Origin: Octopus sinensis
Taxonomy: Eukaryota
NCBI RefSeq assembly: GCF_006345805.1
Contig: NC_042998.1
Location: 53,444,001 to 53,508,000, forward strand
Direction: 5' to 3'
Length of the DNA: 64,000 nt
Part shown: one piece after another, positions 27,490-42,637 of the stretch
Layout of the letters: each line of letters begins with the position of its first letter
Numbering within the stretch: the stretch's first letter is position 1
The notes under the pieces: model-generated
Database searches by the model: none
What the model was told of the DNA's origin: nothing
Seen by the model: the letters and a program-made list of their open reading frames with translations, nothing else
Program-made: the position numbers and the translations under genes

Positions 27490-30400
27490 CGACGGGCTTC
27501 TTTTCAGTTTCCGTCTACCAAATCCACTCACAAGGCTTTGGTCGGTCCGAGGCTATAGTAGAAGACACTTGCCCAAGGTGCCATGCAGTGGGACTGAACC
27601 CGGAACCATGTGGTTGGTAAGCAAGCTACTTACCACACAGCCACTCCCACGCCTATTTGATAATATAATTTTATCATTATTAAACTGGTGGAAGACAGTG
27701 AGGTGACAGAATCATAAACATACCAGACAAAATGTTTAGTGACATTTCTTCTGGCTTTGCCTTCTGAATTCAAATTTCTCCGTGGTTGACTTTACCTTTC
27801 ATCCTTTCAAGGTTAATAAAATACAGTACCAGTCAGGTACTGAGGTTAATGTATTCAACTATCCTCATCCTCTCAAATTTCAGGCCTAGTGTATAAAAGT
27901 AGAAAAGACCATTACACTGGTGTTTGGAATATAACATTGAATTTTGATGGAAAGATTTAACTTAGATCACTTTGAAACAAGAAGTTTGTATTGTAGAACC
28001 AGCGTAGTCTCAAGTAGGTTGGTAGCATCAGGATCAATAAAAATGAAGGTGAGATATTAAACTATGTAATTTTAGATACACTATGTCTTGTGCTGCATAG
28101 GTGAAAGATTGCCTGAATAATTAATAAGTAGATTAGATTTCATAACATAATAACAAACATCTTATAAATTTGTAACAGATATTGGAACCAGTAAAAGGAA
28201 TCTTATCATTCCTTCTAGTATATTGAAACAAAGTAACTGTGAAGTTACAAATTATAAGCATAGAAATAAATTCAGTTCTATAGAGTATAGAAATTAAACA
28301 AGAGGCTCTCTTACATAGACGTATAACCAGATATTGTGCAATGCCTAAGACTAGCATATCAAATAAAATTGGTGCATTAAGTTATATCTTCTCCATATCA
28401 TATCAAACGGAGGTCTTTGAGAAGGTATAAATTGTAATGAACATTTTGCAATATAACAAAAACTGCTATTTACCAAGTCAAATTAATGCAAATTGTAGCA
28501 TTATTACAAAACTGGGTGAAAATTAGTCTACAGATATTGAAAATTGTTCCTAATTCTGTTTTCAGTACAAGACATGTGAATGATACAGAAATAATATATC
28601 AATGTTTCCAGAAAGCTTGTCTCAATACAGTTAACATTGTAGATTTACATTTTAATGTCTGTATAAACTGGACAATATTGACTGGAAACAAAATATTGAG
28701 CTGGAGAAGTAACAACAACTTCAGTAACAATATTACTTTGATGTCTTCTTTATTGTAGTTTAGATGGGCCACTATTCATTTCACATTAAAAACAAACAAA
28801 TAACTGTCTATTGCAATATAATAAACTTATTTAGTCTCCAAGTTACTTTGAATAATAACTCAGCTTCTATCAACCATGCAGTAATATTACATCTGATGTA
28901 ACACATTGAGAAATATTTTGCCTATGCTTTCAGTCATTCACTGTTTCTTATGCTATAAATCTAATAAATTCTTCACTCAGGAAAAAAGAAACAATAATCT
29001 TTCATATAACACAGTATACTGAGTTGTTCTTTTGAGCAAGAAATGAAAGCATGCATAACTGACAAGTATATTCCATTCCTACTTTATGGATAAATATTCA
29101 CTGATTAACAAAGGGGAAGGTCCACAGATATAAAAATAATTGTTCCAACACATAAATATTCAAACTTGGAAAAACATCTCCTTTGCTGCACTAATGTGTA
29201 AATATGCAAATTTAGGGAAACCATCCTCTCCATTACTATAGCATTATGTAAAAATACAAATTTGCAAAAATATCCTTTCTCTAGCTTGAGCAATATGAAA
29301 ATATGCCAATTTGGAAAAACATCCCCTTCATTGCTATAGCAATATGTAAATAAGCAAATTTTATGAAAATATCCTCTCTGTTACTCAAGTAATATGTATA
29401 TATGCAAATTTGGGAAAATACCCTTCTTCATTGCTTTAGCACTACATAAATATGGAGATCTAGAATAATATCCCCCTTCGTTGCTCCAGCAATATGCAAA
29501 TATGCTAATTTAGAAAATATCCTTTCCATTTCGGAGGTATACTTGTTAGGAAAGTGATATGAGACCATGAGCTGAAACTAAAATGATTGCAGCGTGAAAG
29601 ATGCATTCTAGCCATTCAAAAACATGACACAGACTGTTAATTACACTTGAACTGTATTTATTTGATGTCAACATTTTTTTGTCACACTTACTGCAATCAC
29701 TGGTATGATTACAGTGCATCTAGTTTGTGAGGTTGTTGGTGTGGCTGTGTGGTAAGCAGCTTGCTTCCCAAGCACATGGTTCCAGGTTCAGTTCCACTGT
29801 GTGGCACCTTGAGCAAGTGTCTTCTAATATGGCCTTGGACTGACCAAAGCCTTGTGAGTGGATTTGGTAGACAGAAACTGAAAAGAAGCCCATCATATGT
29901 GTGTGTGTGTGTGTGTGTGTGTAGCTATGTGTGTCTGTGGATCTATGTGTGTGTGTCTGTGTTTGTCCCCATCACCACTTGACAACCAGTGTTGGTTTAT
30001 GTCCTCGTAAGTTAGCAGTGTAGCAAAAGAGACCAAAAGAATAAATACTAGGCTTAAAAAGAAAGCCCTGGGGGTCGATGCGTTTGACTAAAAAGAAAAC
30101 TTTTCGAGGTGGTGCTCCAGCATGGACAATTTAACTAACTGAAACAAGTAAAAGAATATATATGTGTGAGTGTTATTGTGTGTGTGTGTGTGTGTGTGTG
30201 TGCTGGTACCATGTAAAAAGCACCTGTACTGGTGCCATATAAAATGCACCGATGCCAGTGCCACATATAAAGCATCCTTGCTGGTGTCATTTAATGGTGT
30301 TGGTGCCATGTAAGAAGCACCTACTACACTCTGTAAAGTGAGTGGTGTTAGGAAGGGCATCCAGCCATAGAAACCATGCTAAAACAAATAATTGGAGTCT

Positions 30401-33400
30401 GGTTGCTTGTAGTCCAAGAGAAATGGTTCTACAATTTCTTACTGGACAATCTGCACAAATGATTTGTTTCATCATCATCATCATCATCATCCTTGTTTAA
30501 CGTCCATTTTCCATGCTAGCATGGGTTGGACGGTTCGACCGCAGTCTGGGAAGCCAGGAGGCTGCACTAGGCTCTAGTCTGATCTGGCAGTGTTTCTACA
30601 GCTGGATGCTCTTCCTAACACCAACCACTCTGTGAGTGTAGTGGGTGCTTTTTACGTGCCACCGGCAGCAGCCACGATTGGTTGGTGCTTTTTACATACC
30701 ACTGACATGGGTATCACAACTACAATTTCCATTTGATTTTTATTTTGATGTTGATATACTTGACTCAATAAGTCTCCTCAAGCACAGCAGGTCGTCCTAC
30801 GATCCCAGGTAAGCACAGCAGGCCGTTCTGCGATCCAAGGTACTTTGGATGAGCTGGGGCTGCTATGGGAAACTGGTGCAGGAAACAGCCACGAACTCAC
30901 GTTATTTATTGGGTCTTCGCAGTATAATGATAAGATGTATATGCTATACATTAACTCACTTTCTGCATCAAAATAATGTTTCATGAACAGGTGTACAACA
31001 TGTCAGGTGTCATCAAAGTGATTAAAGAGCAATGTGAGATGATCTCACATTTGTATGTGTAACACGCTAAGCACTGGGCCATGTGCTTTCACTTACATGA
31101 ATACAAGTTCATAGCATATTCTATGCATTAGGAAACATGTATATTCTTTTAGGATTTTATTTGTTTGCAATATTAAGATTAAGTTCTTCTAAGGATGGAG
31201 AGAAAGCAATAAGAAGTCATTCCAATACTAAGCTAACGAACAACACCTTAAGTTATCTCATTATCTCATTCAATCTCGATATTCAACTTAAACTCGATAC
31301 CACCAAAATATCAGACACTACATATTTTAAATAAACATAAGCTCAGTCACTCTGTGCAGTAAGAAGCTTGCTTCCCAAGCATGTGGTTCAGAGTTCAGTC
31401 CCACTACATGCCACCTTGGATAAGTGCCTTCTACTCTAGCCTTATGCCAACCAAAGCCTTGTGAGTGGATTTGATAGATGGAAACTGAAGGGAGCCCATT
31501 GCATATTTTCTTTTATTTGTTTCAGTTTATTTGACTATGGCCATGCTGGATCACCACCTTGAGGGGTTTTAGTCGAACAAATTGACCCCAGGACTTATTT
31601 TTTAAGCCTAGTACTTATTCTATCAATCACTTTTGCTGAACTGCTATGTTACAGGGATGTAAACACACCAGCATCGGTTGTCAAGCAATGATGGGAGGAC
31701 AAACATAGACTCCAAGACATACACATACACACACACACACACACACTCATGTATATATGGACGGTTCAACTGGGGTCTGGGAAGCCAGAAGGCTGCACCA
31801 GGCCCAGTCTGATCTGGCAATGTTTCTACGGCTGAATGCCCTTCCTAACGCCAACCACTCTGTGAGTGTAGTGGGTGCTTTTTATGTGCCAGGGGAGGCT
31901 GGCAGCGGCCACGATCGGATGGTGCTTTTTATGTGCCACCGGCACGGGGGCCAGGTGAGGCTGGCAATGGCCAATTCGGATGGTGCTTTTTATGTGCCAC
32001 TGGCACGAGGCTAGTCGGGCTTACATTAAAATAATACTGCAGCATGTGGGTGGCAACTGGTGGCTCACACTACTAAGAAAGTAATATAGTTTTAACTTGA
32101 TAAAGCACTTTAACTAATGTACTGGGAATAAAGCATACGACCATTGCAAAGAAATTTAATTCATAATCTATATTTGACTTGAATAAAGCCTTATCTCTTA
32201 AATCACTCTGAAAATGATTCCAGTAGAATAACTTGTCTCTTTCTAACACATAAGGTGTTTTCAAAAGTTTGCTGAAATCTCCTTCAAAATTCTGTGGAGT
32301 TGCAAAAGGTTATTTGTTTTATTTTGCTGAGTTCCAATTAACCTTTTCCTGTTCACAAAGGACCAGTTCATATTCCTTCAGCTGTAACACTCAATTGAAT
32401 TGATTTCAAAATCTTTTTCATTAACTCAAAGCTCAAATTTCTCCTTAATATTGATACCTCACCATGGAATCATTAGAAAAATGGTTTTATTTTCAGGAAT
32501 CATTTGAAATTAAACTTGCAGGCAATAATTTTTATTTTTCATTATTGTTGTTGTTGATGTTGTTGCTTCGTTGGTTGCATCTCATTTCTTTAAGATGCCA
32601 TTTGAATTTCTTTAAATCAAAAAAGTTTCTTTTAAGATTAACAGAAATTATCCTTTAGAGAATTCACAAGCTTTATGAAATTTTCAGCAAGAAAGAATAC
32701 AAAAAAAAAAAAACCTAAAAAAAAAAAAAAAAGGCAATAACCAACAAACAATCATATCATAAAAGGATTTTGTTGTTTCTCTGAAAAAGAGACAAGAAAT
32801 GACATAAATATCCAGATTACTTGAGAGAAATTGTTTCATCAATATTTTGTCATGGCAGAGAAACTCATCAATTTATTTGTTTTAGAGACTTTCTATTTTG
32901 ATTGATGTTCAGAGTTGATGGCCTTAAGTTAGTCATTTATAAATCTTTGGATGACTAAACTCCATTTCGGTGTTCTAAAAATGTGGTAGCGTATAACTGC
33001 ACACTTTTGTAATGTCTTGTCTTTTTTCTAACTGTATTTCTTTGTGCTATATATATATATATTTTTAAAATTTTTATTCCATTTTCTTGGAATAAATGCC
33101 ATAGCAACATCTTTACCCTGCCATGCCTGGTCAGATGCTAAATTAATTTTCTTCTAATTGCTATTCTAGCAGCAGTAATATACTAAGAAGTTGGTTCATA
33201 TTCTATCTCACAATTCACTATGTGAACTATCTAACATACTTCCTCATAAACTCTCCCACAAAAGTATTCGGAAATTCTTTTCACGCGTTCTTATAAGTTA
33301 TAAAAAGAAGCTCAATTAACTAACTTAATTAAGAAATTAAATAGCTTAGAATATAATTCTAATTTATGTATATAGGTGAAAGCATGTCCCCATGGTTAAG

Positions 33401-33591
33401 AAGCCTATTTTCTAGCTGCATGTTTTGGTTTCCATCCCATTCCATGGCACCTTAGGCAAGTATTGTAATTGGTCTTAGACTGACTATAGCCTTTTGAGAG
33501 GATTTGATAGACAAAACTAAAAAGTATGCATGCATGTATGTATGTATGTATGTATGCATCTATGTATGTATGTGTGTGTGTATGTACGTAC

Positions 33592-33622
<31 letters not shown>

Positions 33623-36600
33623 TGTATGTATGTATGTACATGTGCATGTGAGTTTGTGTTTGTCTCCTTGTTTTGTCATCTTGTGATAGTTGTAAGTAAC
33701 TGTCTCTGTCATACAAGCTGAGACCCCCCTTTGGTCATGACTGACCATGGGATTGCACCTAGATAGTTACTCTCCCAGGCACAAATCTGGGCAAGGTTGT
33801 TTATGGAAGACCAGCAGTCGCCCATGCATACCGACCTCCCCTCTCCACGTCACCAATGTCATCCAAGGGAAAGGCAAAGGCCTATACAGCTTGGCACCTG
33901 TGACCTCGTAACTCATTTCTACAGCTGAGTGAACTGGAGCAATGTGAAATAAAGTGTCTTGCTCAAGAACACAACATAACAGTATGGGATTCGAACTCAA
34001 AACATCACAATCATAAGCTCGACGTTCTAACCACTGAGCCATGCGCCTTCACACAAGCAATAGTCTACAAAAACAATTCTGGTCATGGGGGAAATGCTAC
34101 CTTGTTTTGAAAAAGTGAAGGGCATCTGGAAGAGCATTTAGCTGTAGAGAACCTGCCTCAAGAACTCCATCTAAACTGTGCAAGCATGGAAAAGTGGATG
34201 ATATATTTCTGTTGATGAAAGATAGCTTGCATTTTGAGGGAAATATATATATATAAAAAAAAAAGATAATTATTTCATTCTGTTGGGAGCTTCTATTTTA
34301 AATCTAGGAAAGAATATTCAATTTCCTAAACTGCCAATCTTCACAATACTTGCTATATATTTTGATGATAGACTAGGTACCTTAGAAAATTTATCATCAC
34401 AACAATAATATCTGTATATAGGGATTCTCCAGAAGCAGAATCAGTTCTCATCTGCAGGTTAGAAACAATGCACTGCTGTTAGAGGTAGCAGCCTTAGGAA
34501 TATTGATTTTTTCCCCCAGGCCAAAGAGAAAGCCTTTATAGAGTTACTTGACCTGCTAGTTAAATAACAGCTTTAAGGCTCTTTTGTTGGCTTAAATCAC
34601 ACCTTACTGTCTAAAGAAATAAGGAAGTAAACATTGAATAATGTAGTCCTTGATACATTGTGTCTCAAAACATAAAGGTAGAATGGTCAAAGCTGGATTT
34701 ATTTTGATCACAGGTCCACTTGATTGGGGCTGACCTAGCGCTGAATGGTAATGACAACATACATCTTTAGATGTATTTTTTTGTTTCTTTCAATTTGATT
34801 TAATCACCTCTCTTATACTTGAACATGTGATTTTGATTCTGACCATTCATAAAAAGAATACAGCGGGGATTGATTATGATTGATCACCCTGCAGAAATAG
34901 CTACTCAGTCTTCTTCAAATTACACCTGACTATCTTAAAAATGGCAGAACCCATTGGATAATGTGGTAGTACGGGCTAGTCTGTATTACTCCATAAGAGG
35001 CATAGAGCTGGTTTCTTGGTTTCTCTGGCATATATATTCCTCCCTGGATGGGACACCAGTCCATCTCAGTATTACGCATTTTTACCGGTTAAGTGGACTG
35101 GAGCAATATGAAATTATGTGTTTTACTCAAGAACACAACACATCACCCATTCCAGGAATCAAAACCAGAATCTTACGATCATGAATCCAACACCCTAAGC
35201 ACCAAGCAACACACTTCCACATTTGTGGTAATATACACCCCTAAACAAATGAATGGTTACAGCTGGAATAATGTTGATCCTTGGTTTACTTGATCCAAAT
35301 TGAATGGGAAATAAAAACTTATAAGTTCGAAGTCAGATTTTATTGTTTCTTGTGCAGCTGTAAATAACCATTGTATTGTTAGTATTAAATAGCCTATAAT
35401 ATCTAAATATTTAGACTCTGGCCAATAAAGTACACAGAGTAATGAAATTCTAATGAAATACATGCACAGAGTAATGAAATTCTTTGAATGCTTTATTGTT
35501 TATTAAAACAACTAGGAATATCCAAAAGCATTTACCAAAATAATTGTACTGACACAAAATACAAGTCACAAGACAAATTATTCAGTTTAAATAGATAATT
35601 TATTCTACACCATATACTTAGTACTTTTACTCTTATGTTTAAAAACTGCAACATCTTAATGTATAATTTTGGAGCTGAATGCTGATTAAGAATTGAGAAG
35701 CAAACTGAATATAGGATGGATCTCAGTATGATATTGAACAAAGAACTATATTATCAAAATATGTAAATAAAAAGTTTGATAAAAAAAAACAACATGTCAA
35801 AGAGTAAAAGAGAGAGTATGTAATCAAATATGGTAAACAAACCATCATGTAAAATGCAATGAGGATACATGTCACTGCAATGAATACTGGATTTCAGAAT
35901 CTATAATTTCCCACTACTGCCCAAGGACCAATCAAAAGTTAAAGCAGACACCATAGACACCAAAGTCATAAGGGGAAAATAGAAATATGATGTAATTCTT
36001 TTTGAGAACAATGGATCTTGAAGCACATAAAACTATAAATATAGCATGTAAATACTGAGTTAAAAAAGCCCTTTGATATTTTCTATTCAAAAATATTCTT
36101 TAACCCAATATTTACATGCAATATTTATTGCTTTATGAGCTTTGAGATGCAACATTCTGAGAAAGAATTATTTCATGTTCTCTTTAAGTTTATAAATTCA
36201 TTTGATGTCATTAAACATGATAGTGGAGGTTTCGAATAAAAAGGCACATGGCTTAGTGGTTAGAGTATTTGGCTCACCAATGTAAGGTCATGAGTTCAAT
36301 TCCCTGTGATGTGTTGTGTCCTTGAACAAGACACTTTATTTCATGTTGCTCCAGTCTGTTCAGCTGGCAAAAATGAGTAGTACCTGTATTTCAAAGAGCC
36401 AACTTTGTCACATTCTGTGTCATGCTGAATCACCCTGAGAACTATGTAAAAAGTAGGTGTGTCAGGAGTGCTTAGCTACTTGCATGTTAATATCACAAGT
36501 AGGCTGCTCCATTGATTGGATCAACTGGAACCCTCATCGTTGTAACTGACAGAGTACCAGTAAAAAAATATAGGCTTTAAACAAGTTATACCTAGATATC

Positions 36601-39463
36601 ACTTCAGTAAGAATATCAGGTAAAATACCATCAATTTCATATACAAAGTAAAAAAACAAAAGAAAATTATTTCTGTATCCAACAGACGATACAAAAATAT
36701 TAAACCAAAAACAAATACCACACAGTCACTCCTAGGCATAGGAGTGGCTGTGTGGTAACTAGCTTGCTCACCAACCACATGGTTCCGGATTCAGTCCCAC
36801 TGCTTGGCACCTTGGGCAAGTGTCTTCTACTATAGATTTGGGCCAACCAAAGCCATGTGAGTGGATTTGGAAGACGGAAACTGAAAGAAGCCCATCGTAT
36901 ATATGTATATATAAATATATATGTGTGTGTATGTGAGCTTGTGTGTCTGTTTGTCCCCCCAACATCACTTGATAACCGATGCTGGTGTGTTTACATCCCC
37001 GTAACTTTGTAGTTCAGCAAAAGAGACTAATAGAATAAGTAATAGGCTTACAAAGAATAAGTCCTAGGGTCATTTTGCTCGACTAAAGGTGGTGCTCCAG
37101 CACGGCCACAGTCAAATGACTGAAACAAGTAAAAGAGTATATACAGTATGGCTAGCAGAGAATCACAACAATTACATGCTTAAAAATAGAATATGGCACA
37201 GAATTCTTCACAACATTGAAAGATTCAAATTTTAACTTGTCAATCCTGTGAAGAGTACACTAGGTACAGTAAGGCACAGTAAGTAAAACAATTCCAGAAA
37301 ATATTGCTTTCAAATTTTGGGACAAAGCCAACAAATCCAGGAAAGGAGGTAAGTCATTTACATGGACCCCAGTGCTTAACTGGTATTTATTTATTGACCA
37401 CAAAAGGATGAAAGGCAAAGTCGACCTCGGTGGAATTTGAACTCAGAACGTAAAGACAGACAAAATACTTATTTCTTTACTACCCACAAGGGAGCTAAAC
37501 ATAGAGGGGACAAACAAGGACAGACAAAGGAATTAAGTCGATTACATCGACCCCAGTGCATAACTGGTACTTAATTTATCGACCCTGAAAGGATGAAAGC
37601 CAAAGTCGACCTCAGCAGAATTTGAACTCAGAACGTAACAGCAGATGAAATACCGCTAAGCATTTTGCCTGGACAAAATACTGCTAAGCATTTTGTACAG
37701 AATGCTATCAATTCTTCCAGCTCACCACCATAAACCTAGAAAATATCAACGCCACAATCAGACAAGCAACAAGACTGATATGGTGGAACAACAGCACATC
37801 ACCATTGACTGGTCAGATAAAAAGCCAATTTAGATTCATCCTGTCCAGTATAGTGGAACTGAAACTGTTGATAAGAAAATCCTAGTTAATAAAATTACTG
37901 AACTGGGCTAAATATTCACCCATGCAACAACCATGAAATAAGCATATTAACTGACTTCAGAATGCCACTCCTAATCTATAGCATTTCACATTGGACAAAT
38001 TACTAAGTAAACTTTTCAATGTAAACATAGGTTGTTATAACAGTATGAAGACTTGAAAAAAAAAAGTCAAGAGGTCTACACATAGAAAAGGTAATATATT
38101 TTACCTCTTCGAAATATGAGTTTTCAGAAAGGCTGACCTAATAATCTACTAAAACATAATTTCAGTTTGCAATGGTGACTGTTCTTGCCCCTCCAAATTA
38201 GTGTGTGCAAATGTAGAACTCAATACTTGCAAGGGATCAGAGACAATTGTAGCAGGTAGTAGTAGTAGTAGTATAGTAGTAGTAGTAGCGGCAGCCGTTC
38301 AAGAATTTGGACCTGGAGATCTCCATTTCCAGTGACTTCAAGTGCCACCTCCCAGTGGTGTCAGGCATCAACAATGAGCCCTCGACTACAAGACGACCAA
38401 GTTTTTTTTTCCAAGGTCTGGGGTCTCCTGCCCCCAAGCCCTAGACCATCACCTAATCACCCTTACCTATCTTGTTGCTTAACAACAACAACAACAACAA
38501 CAGCAGCAGCAGCAGCAGTTGTAATAGTCGTTTATAGTAGAAGAGACAGAAAGAGGTAAAGCAGATTACAGTCAGCTGTTTGGCATAACCTGTTAGCGAT
38601 CGAAATTTTATTTATCAAGAGAAATTCTTTTGTTTCAGATTTCATTCTAAACTTTGCATACTCATGTATGTGCATTTGCATTTGTTTGTGTGTATGTATA
38701 TGTATATGCATTTGTGTTTGTGAACTCATTGCACTTTGTAAATATATTTACTGCACTTGATAAATGACGAGGAGATATCAGTGGCAACATTTTTCTTTTA
38801 TGTTGCTAAACCTATATCTAATGAGACAAGATATAACATTTAATTATTTCATATCTATTTCTGCCATAATAATTGACTTTAAGACACTTTGTTACATTTT
38901 ACTCTAATACTGAAATTAAATCTCAACATATTCTCTAATGAACATTATTTCAATAGCAATGTATTGCAACAAATGTTTATATCTTGTGCTAATGTATATC
39001 GATGAAGGATGTAAACATTGGCAAAATTAAAAAAAAACAAAAAATACAAATATGGCTCTTTGAAACAAAGTCCTTTACACTGAGTTACCAGCACTCACTT
39101 TTGTCACTCACATTTTCAGAAATACAATGTATCAGTAATTGGCCTCTTGGAACCCTATAACTAACAAGGCTATTGTTCACAAACTCTAATATAAAATAAA
39201 TACATAAATATATATGAATATATAATCCTTTAGTCAGTGTTATTTCTGTTTTGAATGATCTAAAAACAAAGTCAAAAATTCAACAAAACAATTTAATAGA
39301 ATTAATATTTTCAGTAACATACCTTACAAACAAATGATGTGTTTTTCTTATAATTCCTCATTATTCCTTGGTGCATAGATTTATTTCCATGACAGTATTA
39401 CTCTCATAACATCTCCTGCTGTGTCCAAAACAATTAAAAAAAATTGCTTTTGCAATACCTTTT

Positions 39464-39497
<34 letters not shown>

Positions 39498-42400
39498 AAC
39501 AGCAACAACAACAACAACAATAGCAACAACAGTAACACATTTTGATACTCAGTGACTTCTATATTATTTATTAAAAGATTTGATCAAAACAATAAGTTTT
39601 GAAAAACAATCTATGTAATTCAGTGCTTTTCGTGAGAAAGTTACTGGGCAGTGTAGAAAATTATAAATCAGAATGAAAGAACTTATAATCTCAGCAGAAA
39701 CTAAAAACTGTCATTAGATTTTCTATTTGTCTTTTCAGAATTGTATATAAATATAGGTATTTTACTTGGAAGTAAAGAATCAACATTAAATGAAAACGAA
39801 GACATTTCAATTAAAGTTTGTAAACTTTCAGACGAACAATAAAGTGCTTTTGCTTCAATAAGTTCATTGGAATAGGGTGCGTGGTACATCATGAGTCAAT
39901 CCCCTTTGACTTCATTGTTTAAATATTGACGAACAAAATGTTTTAAGAATATGTGGTGTGATTCCAAATAAAGAATTTTATTATAATACTCTCTATCACT
40001 AACACGTGATTGCTATAAAGAAAATTCAATTCACTAACAGAAAAAGTATGTAGAAATATATTCTGGATATGTTGTATTATTTAATTCAATGCTTGTGTAC
40101 CTTATAATTTGTATGGCTTTACTTCTATTCATCGCATTAGTTGTCTGCCATACAGTCTAAGTAGTTCACCTTTCATGAACCCATCTTTTGGATAAATTCA
40201 TTGTAAGGGAAAAACAATCTGTGTCCAATTAGCTTAAATGTCAAGAAAACATTTTCTTACCCTATACAAAACATCTAGAGAGAAAAGAACAGAATCATCA
40301 TCAGACATTTTTTCCTTACCAGTAAATCTGTAATATTTATCCCCTCTAAATCTTCTCTTCAATATTTTAAGACAGAAATTAATCTTACTGACTTGTAATA
40401 TTTAATGAAAATAACAAGTTTCTGATAACAGTATGTGTGTGATTTAGTGATAGCATTTAATAAATTTGTAGTTAAATTACAGCGAGAGTAATTTAGTCAA
40501 AAAGTAATTACTTTTGTTATAATCTTATCAAATGAAAATATAGATAAAAGAAAATATTACAACAAAGCAATTTTCATATCACACACACACACACACACCA
40601 GCATATATGCACACATACATACGCATGAATGAACACATAAAAATATATATACACACATGTAAATGAAATATTTAATTTTACTCCTAACAAATACAGGAAA
40701 ACTTTGAAGAACTTGTAACATTAAAAGCTAAAAGTAACAAGATCACTACAAATTTAAAGAGATCAGATAGTTGTTGCTAATTTACCAAGGGTGAATGAAC
40801 GAGGGCTACAATGAAAGTTTTCTTCTGTTTTAGTCATATATTGTGTGATCCAAATCTGCAGTTCTTTCATGATGGATGAAACCATTTTGGAAGTGGCAGG
40901 TTCTGTTTACACAACTTGCAAATATTGCCCATGTATTATATGATTTTCTTTTTCTGTTTAGCAGTTGTTAGCATAAGCAGTCAACAGCATTTTTCTTATA
41001 AGCTACTGTGTATTTAATATTTGGTCAAGATACACATACTTTACTCACTATCAGACAGTGAATAAAGTTGTACACAATGATTATCAATCGCAAAATGTCT
41101 CTAGGACAACATTGACAAATAAAGAGATTTCATCTAGCTTCATATTTTTGAAGTAGCCAATAACAGCTAATTCAAAAATGGTCTCAGCTTTCAAACAATG
41201 CTGCAGTTCAGAATGTATTCAGTCAGTCACTTTGAATTCTCATAGAAAATATTATAAAAAGCATTGTGTAGTGAGAAGTTTGCTTCCCAACCACATGGTT
41301 CCAGGTTCAGTCTTATTGCATGGCACCTTGGGCAAGTATCTTCTACAATATTTTGAGCTGGCTAAAACTTTGTGAGTGGGTATTTAACCCTTTCATTACT
41401 GAATTTATTTTGAGATGTTCTGTGTTTCTTTCAGTTACTTTAAATATAACAAAGGATTTAGTAAAATAACTTAGTTATCATTCAGCTAGTATTAGGAACA
41501 TAAATTGTGACTAAGGTTTGGTGGAAGATTTTAATTCAAAACTTATGAAAACAAGACATTTGTACTGAGAGCCAGAGCCGGTTTCAGCTGGGTTGGTAAT
41601 GAAAGGGTTAGGAGGGAAATTAAAAGGAACACATCATGTGTGTGTGTGTGTGTGTGTGTGTGACTATCATTTGATAACCGGTGTTGGATTAGTCATGTCT
41701 CAATAACTTAGCAGTTTGGCATTAGAGAATAAGAACCAGACTTTAAAATAATAAGCATTGAGGTCAATATATTCAACTAAAGCCCTTCAGGGTAGTGCCC
41801 CAGCATGGCCACAGTTCAATGGCTGAAATAAGTGAAAGATAAAAAACAACAGAAAGGCAACAATACTGATAAAAGTGGTGACCCATGTAATCGTTAAAAT
41901 CCCTCTATTTACTTTGTTGTTGTCATTCTTGAAGAGTTCCAGATAAGCTTGATTAGGTAGGTCTATATTCAAAGGTATTACAGGCACAAAAATTTAGGGC
42001 TAGATTATTCAAAATTTAGGGCTAGATTATTCAAAATTTAGGGCTACATTCCTTCAGTATGATGATACAATGTGACTCAACTGGTACTTACCTTATTGAC
42101 TCCAAAAGGATGAAAGGCAAAGTTGACCTCAGCAGAATTTGAACTCAGAACACAGTTGTTAGCCTGGCATGCTAATGATTCTGCCAACTCACAGCCTTAG
42201 ACCAGATATCCTCATATGACATAGATGAAAATCAGAATGCCTCATAAAAGTGTTATAATTTTTTCAGACAAAAACATTGTAGAAAAGATTTCCCAATATG
42301 TGGAAATAAAACTAGAAATATCAAGATCTTGTGGATGCCCAGCAGCAAAGGTTGCAGTCTTACTAGATACCATCAGAAATTTACCATCACCCTGCAAGAA

Positions 42401-42556
42401 AACAAACCAACAGCATAGTACTTGGAGTGGCTGAGCATGAAGACAGACATTTAAATGCTTCAAAAGGAATGGAACAGCTTAAATTCTTAGAAAAATACTA
42501 TATAAGGATCACCTGTTGGTTTGAAGGAAAAAAATTGCCATAGTATACAATTAAGA

Positions 42557-42637
<81 letters not shown>

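Noticed and set aside
28330-28760. Plus-strand ORF 28486-28758 resembling CR1-type RT motifs ([19 protein letters not shown])
   Set aside because: Key Asp residues are absent, and the antisense frame ([17 protein letters not shown]...) is equally open and could belong to the host gene; cannot be decided without a search.
29154-29530. CRISPR-like periodicity
   Set aside because: Whole units are homologous with no unique spacers, and the context is eukaryotic.
36551-36625. Exon-like [17 protein letters not shown]|gtataa on minus
   Set aside because: No AG acceptor at the expected place and the phase does not match the neighbouring exons.
38290-38480. GC-richer island between microsatellites, with LEMEISR reminiscent of an RLE domain
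   Set aside because: The match is too short to support a call.
41989-42047. TTTAGGG telomere-like motifs
   Set aside because: Just a 22-bp unit (aaaatttagggctagattattc) repeated about 2.6 times, not a telomeric array.
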